NCBI RefSeq assembly: GCF_044704955.1
Contig: NC_091996.1
Coordinates: 97,960,001 to 98,024,000 of the forward strand
Direction: 5' to 3'
DNA from: Pristiophorus japonicus
Lineage: Eukaryota
Length of the DNA stretch: 64,000 bases
Shown piece after piece: positions 11,330-22,632 of the stretch (positions are counted from its first letter, which is position 1; each line of letters starts with the position of its first letter). Below the pieces are notes generated by a model. The model had not been told where the DNA came from and made no database searches. It saw only the letters and a list, made by a program, of their open reading frames with translations. The position numbers and the translations under genes were made by a program.

Positions 11330-11723
11330 AATGCCTCACTTTTAAAATTCTCATCCTTCTTTTCAAATCCCCCCTTGACTTTGCCCGCCTCTGTATCTCT
11401 GTAACCTCCTCCAGCCCTCCAACCCCCCGAGATATCGGCGCTCCTCCAATTCTGCCCTCCTGACCATCCCTGATTATAATCACTCCACCATCGGTGGTCG
11501 TGCCTTCAGCTGCCTGGGCCCCAAGCTCTGGAACTCCCTCCCTAAACCTCTCCGCCTCTCTCGCCTCCTTTAAGATGCTCCTCAAAACCGATCTCTTTGA
11601 TCACACCCGTCCAAATATCGCCTCATGTGGTTCGGTGCCAAACCTTGTTGGATAACGCTACTGTCAAGCGCCTTGGGACGATTTACTACGTTAACGGAGC
11701 TATATAAACGCAAGTTGTTGTTG
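11330..11723 (+). mobile_element. L2-clade LINE 3' end
   Basis: tttaaaattctcatcc...gccttcagctgcctgggccccaagctctggaactccctccct..., ending gctatataaacgcaagttgttgttg. Confidence 0.7.
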
Positions 11724-12043
11724 TACGGAAGCTCGGCTAACTGGGCTCACCACCTCATCTGCTGGTCTACTTTCATCTGGAACAAGGCGAGGAGCCGAAT
11801 CACCGAATCCCGGGTCACTCGACATCCCTCAGCTGGGCCGGCCATGGACAGAGGCTCAGAGATACGGAGCAGCAGGGGATGGGGGCCGAGGGTTCGGGGA
11901 GGGGAGGGGAGCCATGCACCCAGTACTCCCTCAGGTCCTACTCTGAGAAGCCCTGCTCCACAACGGAACCATCGCCAACTGGGAAACCCCCTCCGTTATT
12001 GTCAATGCTTTTATATGTTTAATGTGTAGATGATAAATTAACC

Positions 12044-12049
12044 AATAAA
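12044..12049 (+). terminator. candidate LECT2 polyadenylation signal AATAAA
   Basis: First canonical AATAAA I found after the LECT2 stop, in an AT-rich patch. Assignment is inference. Confidence 0.4.
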
Positions 12050-12429
12050 TCAATCGGTGGGAACTGAAACTGCTCTGGGCCTCCCGACTCTCACTTTGGA
12101 CCTGACCCTTTCTTGTTGATGTTACTGATGTGAGAGTGAGTCTCGATTGCCAGCATGGTCTCACACACACAGCACTGCCCATGGCACTGGCACCCAGTGA
12201 TACCCGACAGGTTACAAGGGCACACCTGTCGTCTGAGAGGCCCCTCACTCAGCACCAGCTTCCAAATCTCTCCCGCTCCATCACATCCTTGTCTCTTGAA
12301 TTTATCGAGGCCCATTGCTCCTTGAAACTGGCCTTCTTTCTCTTCTAAATTGCAAATCCACCGTTGGACTCAATCTTCCCGCCCCGTGTGCAAAGACCCA
12401 TCGCCTCTTCGCCCACTCGAGCGATGCCA

Positions 12430-12690
12430 GCTGTGGCTCAGTGGGTAGTTCTCTGGTCTCCAAGTCAGAAGGTCGTGGGTTCAAGTCCCACTCCAGAGAA
12501 TTAAGCATGACATTTGGGCTAACATCAGTGGAGTGCTGCACTGTAAGGTGAGACATCTTTCTGATGGGATGTGAAACCGAAGCCCTGTTTGCCCTCTCGG
12601 GTAGGTATGAAAGATCCAACACCTTTTTGGAGAAGAGCAGGGCAGTTATCGCCGGTGTCCTGGCCAATATTTATCCCCATCACTGAAACC
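12430..12690 (+). mobile_element. DeuSINE with tRNA-derived head, 3' truncated
   Basis: A box tggctcagtgg and B box ggttcaagtcc, followed by the SINE body gaagagcagggcagttatcgccggtgtcctggccaatatttatccc. Confidence 0.8.
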
Positions 12691-13234
12691 CTTCACCTCC
12701 CTCAGCCTCTCCTTCCTCCCTCAGTCCATAGGATTTCAAAACACGAGCTTCCTGTCGACTAACTTCACTTCCTGTTCATAGAACCGTAGGCCATGGATAC
12801 TTCCACACAGGAGGCCACTTGGCCCAGCGAGCCTGCGCTGGCTCTGTGACAGAGCAGTCGTGCTCAGTCCCACCTCCACCTCGCTTTCTGCCCGTAACTC
12901 AGTGAGCTCCTCACCCCCCAGTACCCGTCCCAACACCTTTTCAGGCCGAAGGTTCCAAATCCCGGCAACTCTCTGAGTGAGAAGGTTTCTCCCCCTCGCC
13001 CCTCTGGATCTTTTCCCGGTGAGTTTGACTCGATGACCTCTGGTTATTGACCCACTCGCCTGTCCCAGCTCCTCCTCTCCACACACCGGGATTGTCGGGA
13101 CACGTGCAGCACATTGCTGGGAGGGACTTACCACCTGAGCCCCTGGAGTACTGGCCCTCAGGGTTTGAGGCCAGAGCCCCCGAGGGTGAAAGGACCGTGT
13201 TGGTTCCCCACCGCCTGACACTGTGCGCGGGCAA

Positions 13235-15637
13235 CGTGCGCGGGCGGTGACATCACGGTCAGTCACGTGCGCGGGCGGTGACATCACAGTCAGTCACGTG
13301 CACGGGCGATGACATCACGGTCAGTCACATGCACGGGCGGTGACATCACGGTCAGTCACGTGCACGGGCGGTGACATCACGGTCAGTCACGTGCACGGGC
13401 GATGACTTCACGGTCAGTCACGTGCACGGGCGGTGACATCACGGTCAGTCACGTGCGCGGGTGGTGACATCACGGCCAGTCACGTGCGCGGGGAATAACA
13501 TCACAGTTATGGTGACATCACGGCCAGTCACGTGTGCGGGGAATGACATCACGGTTATGGTGACATCACGGCCACTCACGTGTGGTGACATCACGGCCAG
13601 TCACACGCACAGGCGATGACATCACGGCCAGTCACGTGCACGGGCGGTGACATCACGGTCAGTCACGTGCGCGGGCGATGACATCACGGTCAGTCACGTG
13701 CACGGGTGATGACATCACGGTCAGTCACGTGTGGTGACATCAGGGTCAGTCACGTGCACGGGCGATGACTTCACGGTCAGTCACGTGCACGGGCGGTGAC
13801 ATCACGGTCAGTCACGTGCACGGGCGATGACATCACGGTCAGTCACGTGCACGGGCGGTGACATCACGGTCAGTCACGTGCGCGGGCGGTGACATCACGG
13901 CCAGTCACGTGCGCGGGGAATAACATCACAGTTATGGTGACATCACGGCCAGTCACGTGTGCGGGGAATGACATCACGGTTATGGTGACATCACGGCCAC
14001 TCACGTGTGGTGACATCACGGCCAGTCACACGCACAGGCGATGACATCACGGCCAGTCACGTGCACGGGCGGTGACATCACGGTCAGTCACGTGCGCGGG
14101 CGATGACATCACGGTCAGTCACGTGCACGGGTGATGACATCACGGTCAGTCACGTGTGGTGACATCAGGGTCAGTCACGTGTGTGGGCGATGACATCACG
14201 GTCATGCTGACATCACGGTCATTTACGTGTGTGATTGGTGACATCACAGTCAGCCACGTGCACAGGCGATGACATCACGGCCAGTCACGTGCACAGGCGA
14301 TGACATCACGGCCAGTCACGTGTGCGGGGAATGACATCACGGTTATGGTGACATCATGGTCAGTCACGTGCATGGGCGGTGACATCACGGCCAGTCACGT
14401 GTGCGGGGAATGACATCACGGCTATGGTGACATCATGGCCAGTCACGTGTGGTGACATCACGGTCAGTCACGTGTGTGTCAGTGACATCACGTCCAGTCA
14501 CGTGCACAGGCGATGACATCACGGCCAGTCACGTGTGCGGGGTATGACATCACGGTTATGGTGACATCACGGTCAGTCACGTGTGGTGACATCACGGCCA
14601 GTCACGTGTGCGGGGAATGACATCACGGTTATGGTGACATCACGGTCAGTCACGTGTGGTGACATCACGGTCAGTCACGTGCACGGGCGGTGACATCACG
14701 GTCAGTCACGTGCGCGGGCGGTGACATCACGGCCAGTCACGTGCACAGGCGATGACATCACGGCCAGTCACGTGCGCGGGGAATGACATCACGGTTATGG
14801 TGACATCACGGCCACTCACGTGTGGTGACATCACGGCCAGTCACATGCACAGGCGATGACATCACGGCCAGTCACGTGCACAGGCGGTGACATCACGGTC
14901 AGTCACGTGCGCGGGCGATGACATCACGGTCAGTCACGTGCACGGGTGATGACATCACGGTCAGTCACGTGTGGTGACATCAGGGTCAGTCACGTGTGTG
15001 GGCGATGACATCACGGTCATGCTGACATCACGGTCATTTACGTGTGTGATTGGTGACATCACAGTCAGCCACGTGCACAGGCGATGACATCACGGCCAGT
15101 CACGTGTGCGGGGAATGACATCACGGTTATGGTGACATCATTGTCAGTCACGTGCACGGGCGGTGACATCACGGCCAGTCACGTGTGCGGGGAATGACAT
15201 CACGGCTATGGTGACATCATGGCCAGTCACGTGTGGTGACATCACGGTCAGTCACGTGCGTGTCAGTGACATCACGTCCAGTCACGTGCACAGGCGATGA
15301 CATCACTGCCAGTCACGTGTGCGGGGTATGACATCACGGTTATGGTGACATCACGGTCAGTCACGTGTGGTGACATCACGGCCAGTCACGTGTGCGGGGA
15401 ATGACATCACGGTTATGGTGACATCACGGTCAGTCACGTGTGGTGACATCACGGTCAGTCACGTGCACGGGCGGTGACATCACGGCCAGTCACGTGCACG
15501 GGCGGTGACATCACGGCCAGTCACGTGCGCGGGGAATGACATCACGGTTATGCTGACATCACGGCCAGTCACGTGCGCGGGGAATGACATCACGGTTATG
15601 GTGACATCACGGCCAGTCACGTGCGTGTCAGTGACAT
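13235..15637. repeat. CpG-rich ~31-bp minisatellite (gtgacatcacggtcagtcacgtgcacgggcg)n with higher-order blocks
   Basis: Visible tandem array. Rare variants recur at offsets 425 (taacatcacag at 13496/13921) and 815 (atttacgtgtgtgattgg at 14221/15036). Confidence 0.92.
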
Positions 15638-15851
15638 GGAACAACCAAGGTGTACAGAGCTGGCTGACTAGTGCCACAGTGTAACCTAGTGGCCAGAGAA
15701 TGTATAACCCCAGCCCCTTGCAACAGCACCTACTGTGTGGCAGCTCGTACTGACAGACAAGTTTGCCATGATAAAATGTTGCCGTGTGTGTATATAATAT
15801 TTCTACCATTATAAATTTGGAAAGCAGAGAAGTAGATTTGGTTGGAGCAGA

Positions 15852-15985
15852 GGAACATAAGAATTAGGAGCAGGAGTCAGCCATTCGGCCCCTCGAGCCT
15901 GCTCCGCCATTTATTGAGATCACGGCTGACCTTCGACCTCAACTCCACTTCCCTGGCCTATCCCCATATCCCTGGATTCCCTCAA
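15852..15985 (-). mobile_element. CR1 LINE 3' UTR fragment
   Basis: gaacataagaattaggagcaggagtcagccattcggcccctcgagcctgctccgccatt closely matches 8621-8680. Confidence 0.8.
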
Positions 15986-16189
15986 TACTACGGGAGTTTG
16001 AGGGGCTACAAGCACCCCCACTGGCAGGAGGGTGTCATTACAGCGTGACAAGTTTACATAGATAATTCCCATTATAAATGTGAACATAGGAGGTAATGAT
16101 GGAAAAAACTGGCACAGAGCATCACAGACGTGAGATTTTATTTATTATACTTCCAGACAGATGGAGAACATGTGTTGCAGGATGAACAT

Positions 16190-16345
16190 GTCCTACAGGC
16201 TGATTGCAAGGACACAATCCCCCCTGTCACAGACTCCCCTCTATCCCAGTTGAGAATATTGCCACCCAACAGGGAACATCCCTGACTGACAGCTTTTATT
16301 TCATCAGCAGACAGAACATAGTCCCACAGGTGCACATCCGTCCAT
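16190..16345 (-). pseudogene. pentraxin (CRP/SAP-like) C-terminal fragment
   Basis: Reads TDVHLWDYVLSADEIKAVSQGCSLLGGNILNWD, resembling the pentraxin C-terminus (human CRP GNVNMWDFVLSPDEI...NVLNW). No upstream pentraxin sequence is recognisable. Confidence 0.65.
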
Positions 16346-16559
16346 GCTCCTATTTCTAGAGGTATAAGGCTGGATTTCGGTCACCTGCCGCCCCTGTTAG
16401 AGCCCCATAGCGTGCACGAGTGGGAATGCCTTTGAAAGCTGGCAGTCACAGTTAGGTCAGTAATGTCGACCTGAGGTAAGTACGTGTGATAGGTTTTTCT
16501 TTTTTTACGATTTATGTTGTGCTGGCGTGAGTATTGTATTGGGATGGTGACAGACATTT

Positions 16560-16866
16560 GAGCCAAAGTTGAGGAGGACGCTCCATAATCCCTCATGGTT
16601 GACAGTGTCGAAGGCCTTTGTCAGGTCAAAGCAGGCCATGTACAGAGGTTGGTGTTGTTCCCTGTATTTCTCTTGGATTTGATGCGCGATAAAGATCATG
16701 TCCATGGTGCCCCTTAGTGGACGGAATCCGCATTGCGACTCTGGGAGGAGTTCTTCAGCCACAGGGAGAAGGTGATTGAGGAGGATTCTTGCGCTGACTT
16801 TCCCTGTGACAGACAGCAGGGAAACTCGTCTGTAGTTATGGCAATTGGACTTGTCGTCTTTCTTGA
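16560..16866 (-). mobile_element. RTE LINE internal reverse-transcriptase fragment
   Basis: KKDDKSNCHNYRRVSLLSVTGK...LLPESQCGFRPLRGTMDMIF...FDLTKAFDTVNHEGLWSVL. Confidence 0.85.
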
Positions 16867-16867
16867 C

Positions 16868-17330
16868 CAGCGCTCTACTCGGAGCAATGACACGGCAAGC
16901 GAGCCCCAGGTGGGCAGAGGAAACGTTACAAGGACACCCTCAAAGCCTCCCTGATAAAGTGCAACATCCCCACTGACACCTGGGAGTCCCTGGCCCAAAG
17001 ACCAGTCCGCCCTAAGTGGAGGAAGTGCATCCGAGAGGGCGCTGAGCACCTCGAGTCTCGTCGCCGAGAGCGTGCAGAAACCAAGCGCAGGCAGCGGAAG
17101 GAGCATGCGGCAAACCAGTCCCACCCTCCCCTTCCCTCAACCACTGTCTGTCCCACCCTCCCCTTCCCTCAACCACTGTCTGTCCCACCCTCCCCTTCCC
17201 TCAACCACTGTCTGTCCCACCTGTGACAGGGACTGTGGCTCTCGTATTGGGCTGTTCAGTCACCTGAGAACTCACATTGAGTGGAATCAAGTCTCCCTCG
17301 ATCCCGAGGGACGGCCCAAGGAGACGAGGA
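16868..17330 (+). mobile_element. RTE LINE 3' end with internal 32-bp triplication (17120..17215)
   Basis: Near-identical to 1095-1480; cccaccctccccttccctcaaccactgtctgt is present three times. Confidence 0.85.
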
Positions 17331-17989
17331 ATGTATTGGAAGTGTTTTTTGTGTTGGAGGGGGTTTTCAGATTTTTTCACGGAAGCCTCTCTCAATAACT
17401 GTATAATATTTATAATATTCATACACTCTAGGCATTCTCTTTAAGGATATATTTAGCACTATATATATATATATACACACAGCATGCTATATGAATAGAA
17501 AGGGTATAGCCGAGCTGTTACAAGGAAAGATTTTAATTTATATAAAGCCGTCTCACATTCTCAAAAACAGCTTAAAGAAGTTTATAGATAATAAATTGCC
17601 TGAAGTGATATCTTTGTTATGTCGACAAACACAGAAGCCATTTTTCACACAGTGAGAACACACAGTCAGTTGATAATTTTGATTGAGGGAGGATTGTTGG
17701 CCAGGACATTTATATTTAATTTAATATATGGGCCTCGATGGGCCGAAATGGCCTCCTTCTGCGCTGTAAATGTCTGTGTTTCTCGGGCACTCTGAGGCCG
17801 GCTGTTTACCCCGGGTATTTCACTCGCTCAGCCGGACTCGCGCCCCGAGAGAGGTGTGGAACCCCTCCCCTAGCGCTCCACCCCACACTCAGGGTCCAGC
17901 AAACCATTTCCTGGCAAATTGTCTGTCGGATTTGTCCTTCCTGCCCTGTGTGCAAAACAAGACCCATCTCCCGTCCAAACAGCATCATC

Positions 17990-19742
17990 CGGGGCTCATT
18001 GGGCAACAACTCTCGTCTCGGAGTCACAAGGTCCCACTCCAGAGACTTGAGCACGAAGATCTAGGCTGACACTTCCAGAACTGAGGCTGCACAGTCGGAA
18101 GGGCAGTACTGAGGGAGCGCCGCACTGTCGGAGGGGCAGTACTGAGGGAGTGTCGCACTGTGGGAGGGGCAGTACTGAGGGAGTGCCACACTGTCGGAGG
18201 GGCAGTACTGAGGGAGCGCCGCACTGTTGGAGGGGCAGTACTGAGGGAGCCCCGCACTGTCGGAGGGGCAGTACTGAGGGAGCCCCGCACTGTCGGAGGG
18301 GCAGTACTGAGGGAGTGCCGCACTGTCAGAGGGGCAGTACTGAGGGAGTGCCACACTGTCGGAGGGGCAGTACTGAGGGAGCGCTGCACTGTCGCGGGGC
18401 AGTATTGAGGGAGCGCCGCACTGTCGGAGGGGCAGTACTGAGGGAGCGCCGCACTGTCGGAGGGACAGTACTGAGGGAGCGCCGCACTGTTGGAGAGGCA
18501 GCACTGAGGGAGCCCCGCACTGTCGGAGGGGCAATACTGAGGGAGTGCCGCACTGTCGGAGGGGCAGTACTGAGGGAGCGCTGCACTGTCGCGGGGCAGT
18601 ATTGAGGGAGCGACGCACTGTCGGAGGGGCAGTACTGAGGGAGCGCCGCACTGTCGGAGGGGCAGTACTGAGGGAGTGCCGCACTGTCGGAGGGGCAGTA
18701 CTGAGGGAGCGCCGCACTGTCGGAGGGGCAGTACTGAGGGAGCCCCGCACTGTCGGAGGGGCAGTACTGAGGGAGTGCCGCACTGTCGGAGGGGCAGTAC
18801 TGAGGGAGCGCCGCACTGTCGGAGGGGCAGTACTGAGGGAGCCCCGCACTGTCGGAGGGGCAGTACTGAGGGGGTGCCGCACTGTCGGAGGGGCAGTACT
18901 GAGGGAGCCCCGCACTGTCGGAGGGGCAGTACTGAGGGAGTGCCGCACTGTCGGAGGGGCAGTACTGAGGGAGCCCCGCACTGTCGGAGGGGCAGTACTG
19001 AGGGAGCCCCGCACTGTCAGAGGGGCAGTACTGAGGGAGTGCCGCACTGTCGGAGGGGCAGTACTGAGGGAGTGCCGCACTGTCGGAGGGGCAGTACTGA
19101 GGGAGCCCCGCACTGTCGGAGGGGCAGTACTGAGGGAGTGCCGCACTGTCGGAGGGGCAGTACTGAGGGAGCCCCGCACTGTCGGAGGGGCAGTACTGAG
19201 GGAGCCCCGCACTGTCAGAGGGGCAGTACTGAGGGAGTGCCGCACTGTCGGAGGGGCAGTACTGAGGGAGTGCTGCACTGTCGGAGGGGCAGTACTGAGG
19301 GAGCCCTGCACTGTCGGAGGGGCAATACTGAGGGAGCCCCGCACTGTCGGAGGGGCAGTACTGAGGGAGCCCTGCACTGTCGGAGGGGCAGTACTGAGGG
19401 AGCCCCGCACTGTCGGAGGGGTAGTATTTCAGCTAAGATGTTGACCTGAGGGCCTGTCTGCCCCCTCAGGAGATGTAAAAGATCCCGTGGCCACTTTTTC
19501 AAAAAAGAGCAGGGGAGTTCTCCCCGGTGTCCTGGGGCCAATATTTATCCCTCAATCTACATCACTAAAACAGATTATCCGGTCATTACATTGCTGTGTG
19601 TGGGAGCTTGCTGTGCACAAATTAGCTGCCACTTTTCCCACATTGCAACAGTGACCACACTCCAAAAGTACTTCATTGGCTGTAAAGCACATTGGGACGT
19701 CCGGTGGTCGTGAAAGGCGCTATATAAATGCAAGTCCTTCTT
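17990..19742 (+). mobile_element. DeuSINE inflated by ~40 copies of an internal 33-bp minisatellite (18089..19425)
   Basis: Head (gtcccactccagagacttgagcac) precedes the array; SINE body and tail gaaaggcgctatataaatgcaag follow it. Confidence 0.88.
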
Positions 19743-20989
19743 TCCCAGGAATTCAACACTGTGAGACTCTTGCCCTTTCTCAGACACACTTCCTCCTGCA
19801 GCTCCACTCGGAACATGACAACTAACTTCACTTCCTGTTGATAGAATTGGAGGCCATGGATACTTACGGCACACAAGGAGGCCAATCGGCCCGACGTTCC
19901 TGCGCTGGCTCTGTGACAGAGCAGTCGTGCTCAGTCCCACCCCCACCTCGCTAACCCTGTGAGCTCCGCACCCTCCAGTACCCGTCCCAACACCTTCTAC
20001 AATTATTGATGGAACCAGCCACCTTTTCAGGTCTGGCGTTCCCGATCCCGGCAACTCTCTGAGCGACAAGATTTCTCCCCTCTGGATCTTTGGCCGGTGA
20101 TTTTGAATCTAGTTATTGACCCACTCGCCCGTTCGATCTCCTCCTCTCCACGCCGGCATTGCCAGAACATTTCCAGTGCAGTCTCTGACAGGGGCCAGAC
20201 AACCGATTGACGTGACTGCTACGAATGGTCAACTCTGGGAGCCTCTGACAGTGACTCCTTCCCCCCCGGGTCAGTCGACACTCAGGGGTTCCTTCCCTCC
20301 CACGTTACCCCTTGTGGACACTCGGGCTCTGGCCGGGTAGCGGCCCCACGCTCCGAGACTCTCTCTCGCTCCTGTGCGAGTTTGCAGTCTGTCTGTCCGT
20401 CTGTCTGTCCGTCCGTCTGTCCGTCTGTCGGAGGAGTAGGAGGTGGGTCACGGGAGAAAGTGAGGGGGAGGCGATCCCAGGGTGGGGTGAAAGGTCGATG
20501 ACCCAGTGAGACAGCCACACAGCGATACCAGAAAGAGAGTTTATGGAGACAAGCGTGCTGTTATTTCTTCTCCATTTCTACTTTCTGTGCCTGTTTTCTC
20601 TGTGTTTGTTCCTGAGCAGAGAGGTCGACAGTCTGTGCCCTCAACATTATGGCACCATGGATCCTACTCCTGATACAGCCCCTTTACACAGCTTTTTGTT
20701 TAAAGAAAAAAACCCTCCTCCTATTTCTATCCAGTGCCCCCGCTAAAGGCGTTTGGCTCTCACGAGAGTTCGGTTCCACTTTTCACATGTGACTTGGACG
20801 TTGGGCGGTAGGCGGTTATTCAACAGGCGGGGGCATCGCAGCAATGCCCTGCTTTCTCCTCTCTTGACTTTGGGCAATGGACACGATCCAGCTGGGTGCA
20901 GAGCTGGGATAAAGGATTGCTATACAGGCGTGGGATCTGGAGCTGGGGTGGAGGAATGCGTTGTATTATTGTTATTATCCGTTCCCGGG

Positions 20990-21940
20990 ATGTGGGCGTC
21001 ACTGGCCAGGCCGGCATTTATTGCCCGTCTCTAATTGCCCCTTGAGAAGGTGGTGGTGAGCTCCTTCTTGAACCGCTGCAGTCCGTGTGGTGAAGGTGCT
21101 CCCACAGTGCTGTTAGGGAGGGAGTTCCAGGATTGTGACCCAGCGACGATGAAGGAACGGCCGATATATTTCCCAGTCGGGATGGTGTGTGACTGGGAGG
21201 GGAACGTGGAGGTGGTGGTGTTCCCATGCACCTGCTGCCCTTGTCCTTCTAGGCGGTAGAGGTCGCGGGTTTGGGAGGTGCTGCTGAAGAAGCCTTGGCG
21301 AGTTGCTGCAGTGCATCTTGTAGATGGTACACACTGCAGCCAGGGGGCGCCGGTGGTGGAGGGAGTGAGTGTTGAAGGTGGTGGAGGGAGTGAGTGTTGA
21401 AGGTGGTGGAGGGAGTGAGTGTTGAAGGTGGTGGAGGGAGTGAGTGTTGAAGGTGGTGGAGGGAGTGAGTGTTGAAGGTGGTGGAGGGAGTGAGTGTTGA
21501 AGGTGGTGGAGGGAGTGAGTGTTGAAGGTGGTGGGTAGAGTGTCGATCAAGTGGCTGCTTTGTCCTGGATGGTGTCGAGCTTCTCGAGTGTTGTTGGAGC
21601 TGCACCATCCAGGCAAGTGGGGAGTGTTCCATCACACTCCTGACTTGTGTCTTGTAGATGGTGGAAAGGCTTTGGGGAGTCAGGAGGTGAGACACTGGCC
21701 GCAGAATACCCAGCCTCTGACCCGCTCTTGTAGCCACAGTATTTATGTGGCTGGTCCAGTTAAGTTTCTGGTCAATGGTGACCCCCGGGATGTTGATGGT
21801 GGGGGATTCGGTGACGGTAATGTCAAGGGGCGGTGGTTAGACTCTCGCTTGTTGGAGATGGTCATTGCCTGGCACTTGTGTGGCGTGAATGTTACTTGCC
21901 ACTTGTCAGCCCGAGCCTGAATGTTGTCCAGGTCTTGCTG
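20990..21940 (-). mobile_element. CR1/L2-group LINE 3' part with internal 25-bp tandem expansion (21352..21534)
   Basis: QQDLDNIQARADKWQVTFTPHKCQAMTISNKR and LLTPQSLSTIYKTQVRSVME are LINE RT-like motifs; about 7 copies of ggtggtggagggagtgagtgttgaa. Confidence 0.8.
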
Positions 21941-22495
21941 TATGTGATGTAGGTTGGGGATATGGAACAGAGATATAGGGTGAGGATGTAGAGGTTGGAG
22001 GCAGGGTTGGAGAAGCTGAGAGAGGGGCACTGGGGTGAAGGGAATGAGAAGCTTTGAGGATGAGAAGCAGGATATAACATTCTTGTGCTGGGAGCAGGGA
22101 CCCAATGTGGTCAGCGATGGTGCAGTGTGAGACTGTGCGGGGCAGGAGAATTCTGGAGGAGCAAGAACTACAAGAACAAACTGTCGCTATGACCTGCCAC
22201 TAAAGGCCATGATCGTTGTGCAATTTGTCTCGGAACCCACAAGGAACTGAGTGAGGCTGAAAGTGGAATCCTGCACCGTGGTGACAGGGCTGAGAGACAA
22301 TGAGTCAGAATAAAACTTCCGCAGCATGCCCACAGCTGGAAAGGCGATTTGTGTCCAAGGGCATTTGTCTGGCTCGAGTTCCCAGCGGCAGCCGATTCTC
22401 CTGAGGGCGATGCATTAAAGGTTATTTAATTTGAGATATCAAAAGCCAAGAACCACCTTCAAGCCCAAGGTTATTCAACAGTGAGTGGCACAGAT

Positions 22496-22553
22496 ATGGA
22501 CATGAAGTTCTCCAGTATCATCCGGATCAGCATCTGTTGGTTATTAATGAAAG
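22496..22553 (+). CDS. leader exon of V-type IgSF gene (MDMKFSSIIRISICWLLMK, phase 1)
   Basis: ATG(s), hydrophobic stretch and donor aaag|gtatgt. Phase-1 join gives ...LLMKG-GSVRG-EVHQRP, a typical split signal peptide. Confidence 0.65.
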
Positions 22554-22632
22554 GTATGTTAGGGGCAAGGCAACACAGCAGATCCTCCTGCTGAACTTGT
22601 CTGTCTGTCAATACATCTATCTATCAACACAT

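Noticed and set aside
12430-12500. tRNA gene
   Set aside because: A and B boxes are present but continue into a SINE body; it is a SINE head.
18024-19541. Long mucin-like ORFs (STAPPTVR repeats, up to 449 aa), also at 22624-23606 and 33-230
   Set aside because: The 33-bp unit is a multiple of three and open in several frames; it lies inside a SINE.
20543-20746. Hydrophobic ORF METSVLLFLLHFYFLC... as leader of the V exon
   Set aside because: No convincing phase-1 donor; hydrophobicity comes from a T/C-rich tract; 22496..22553 fits better.
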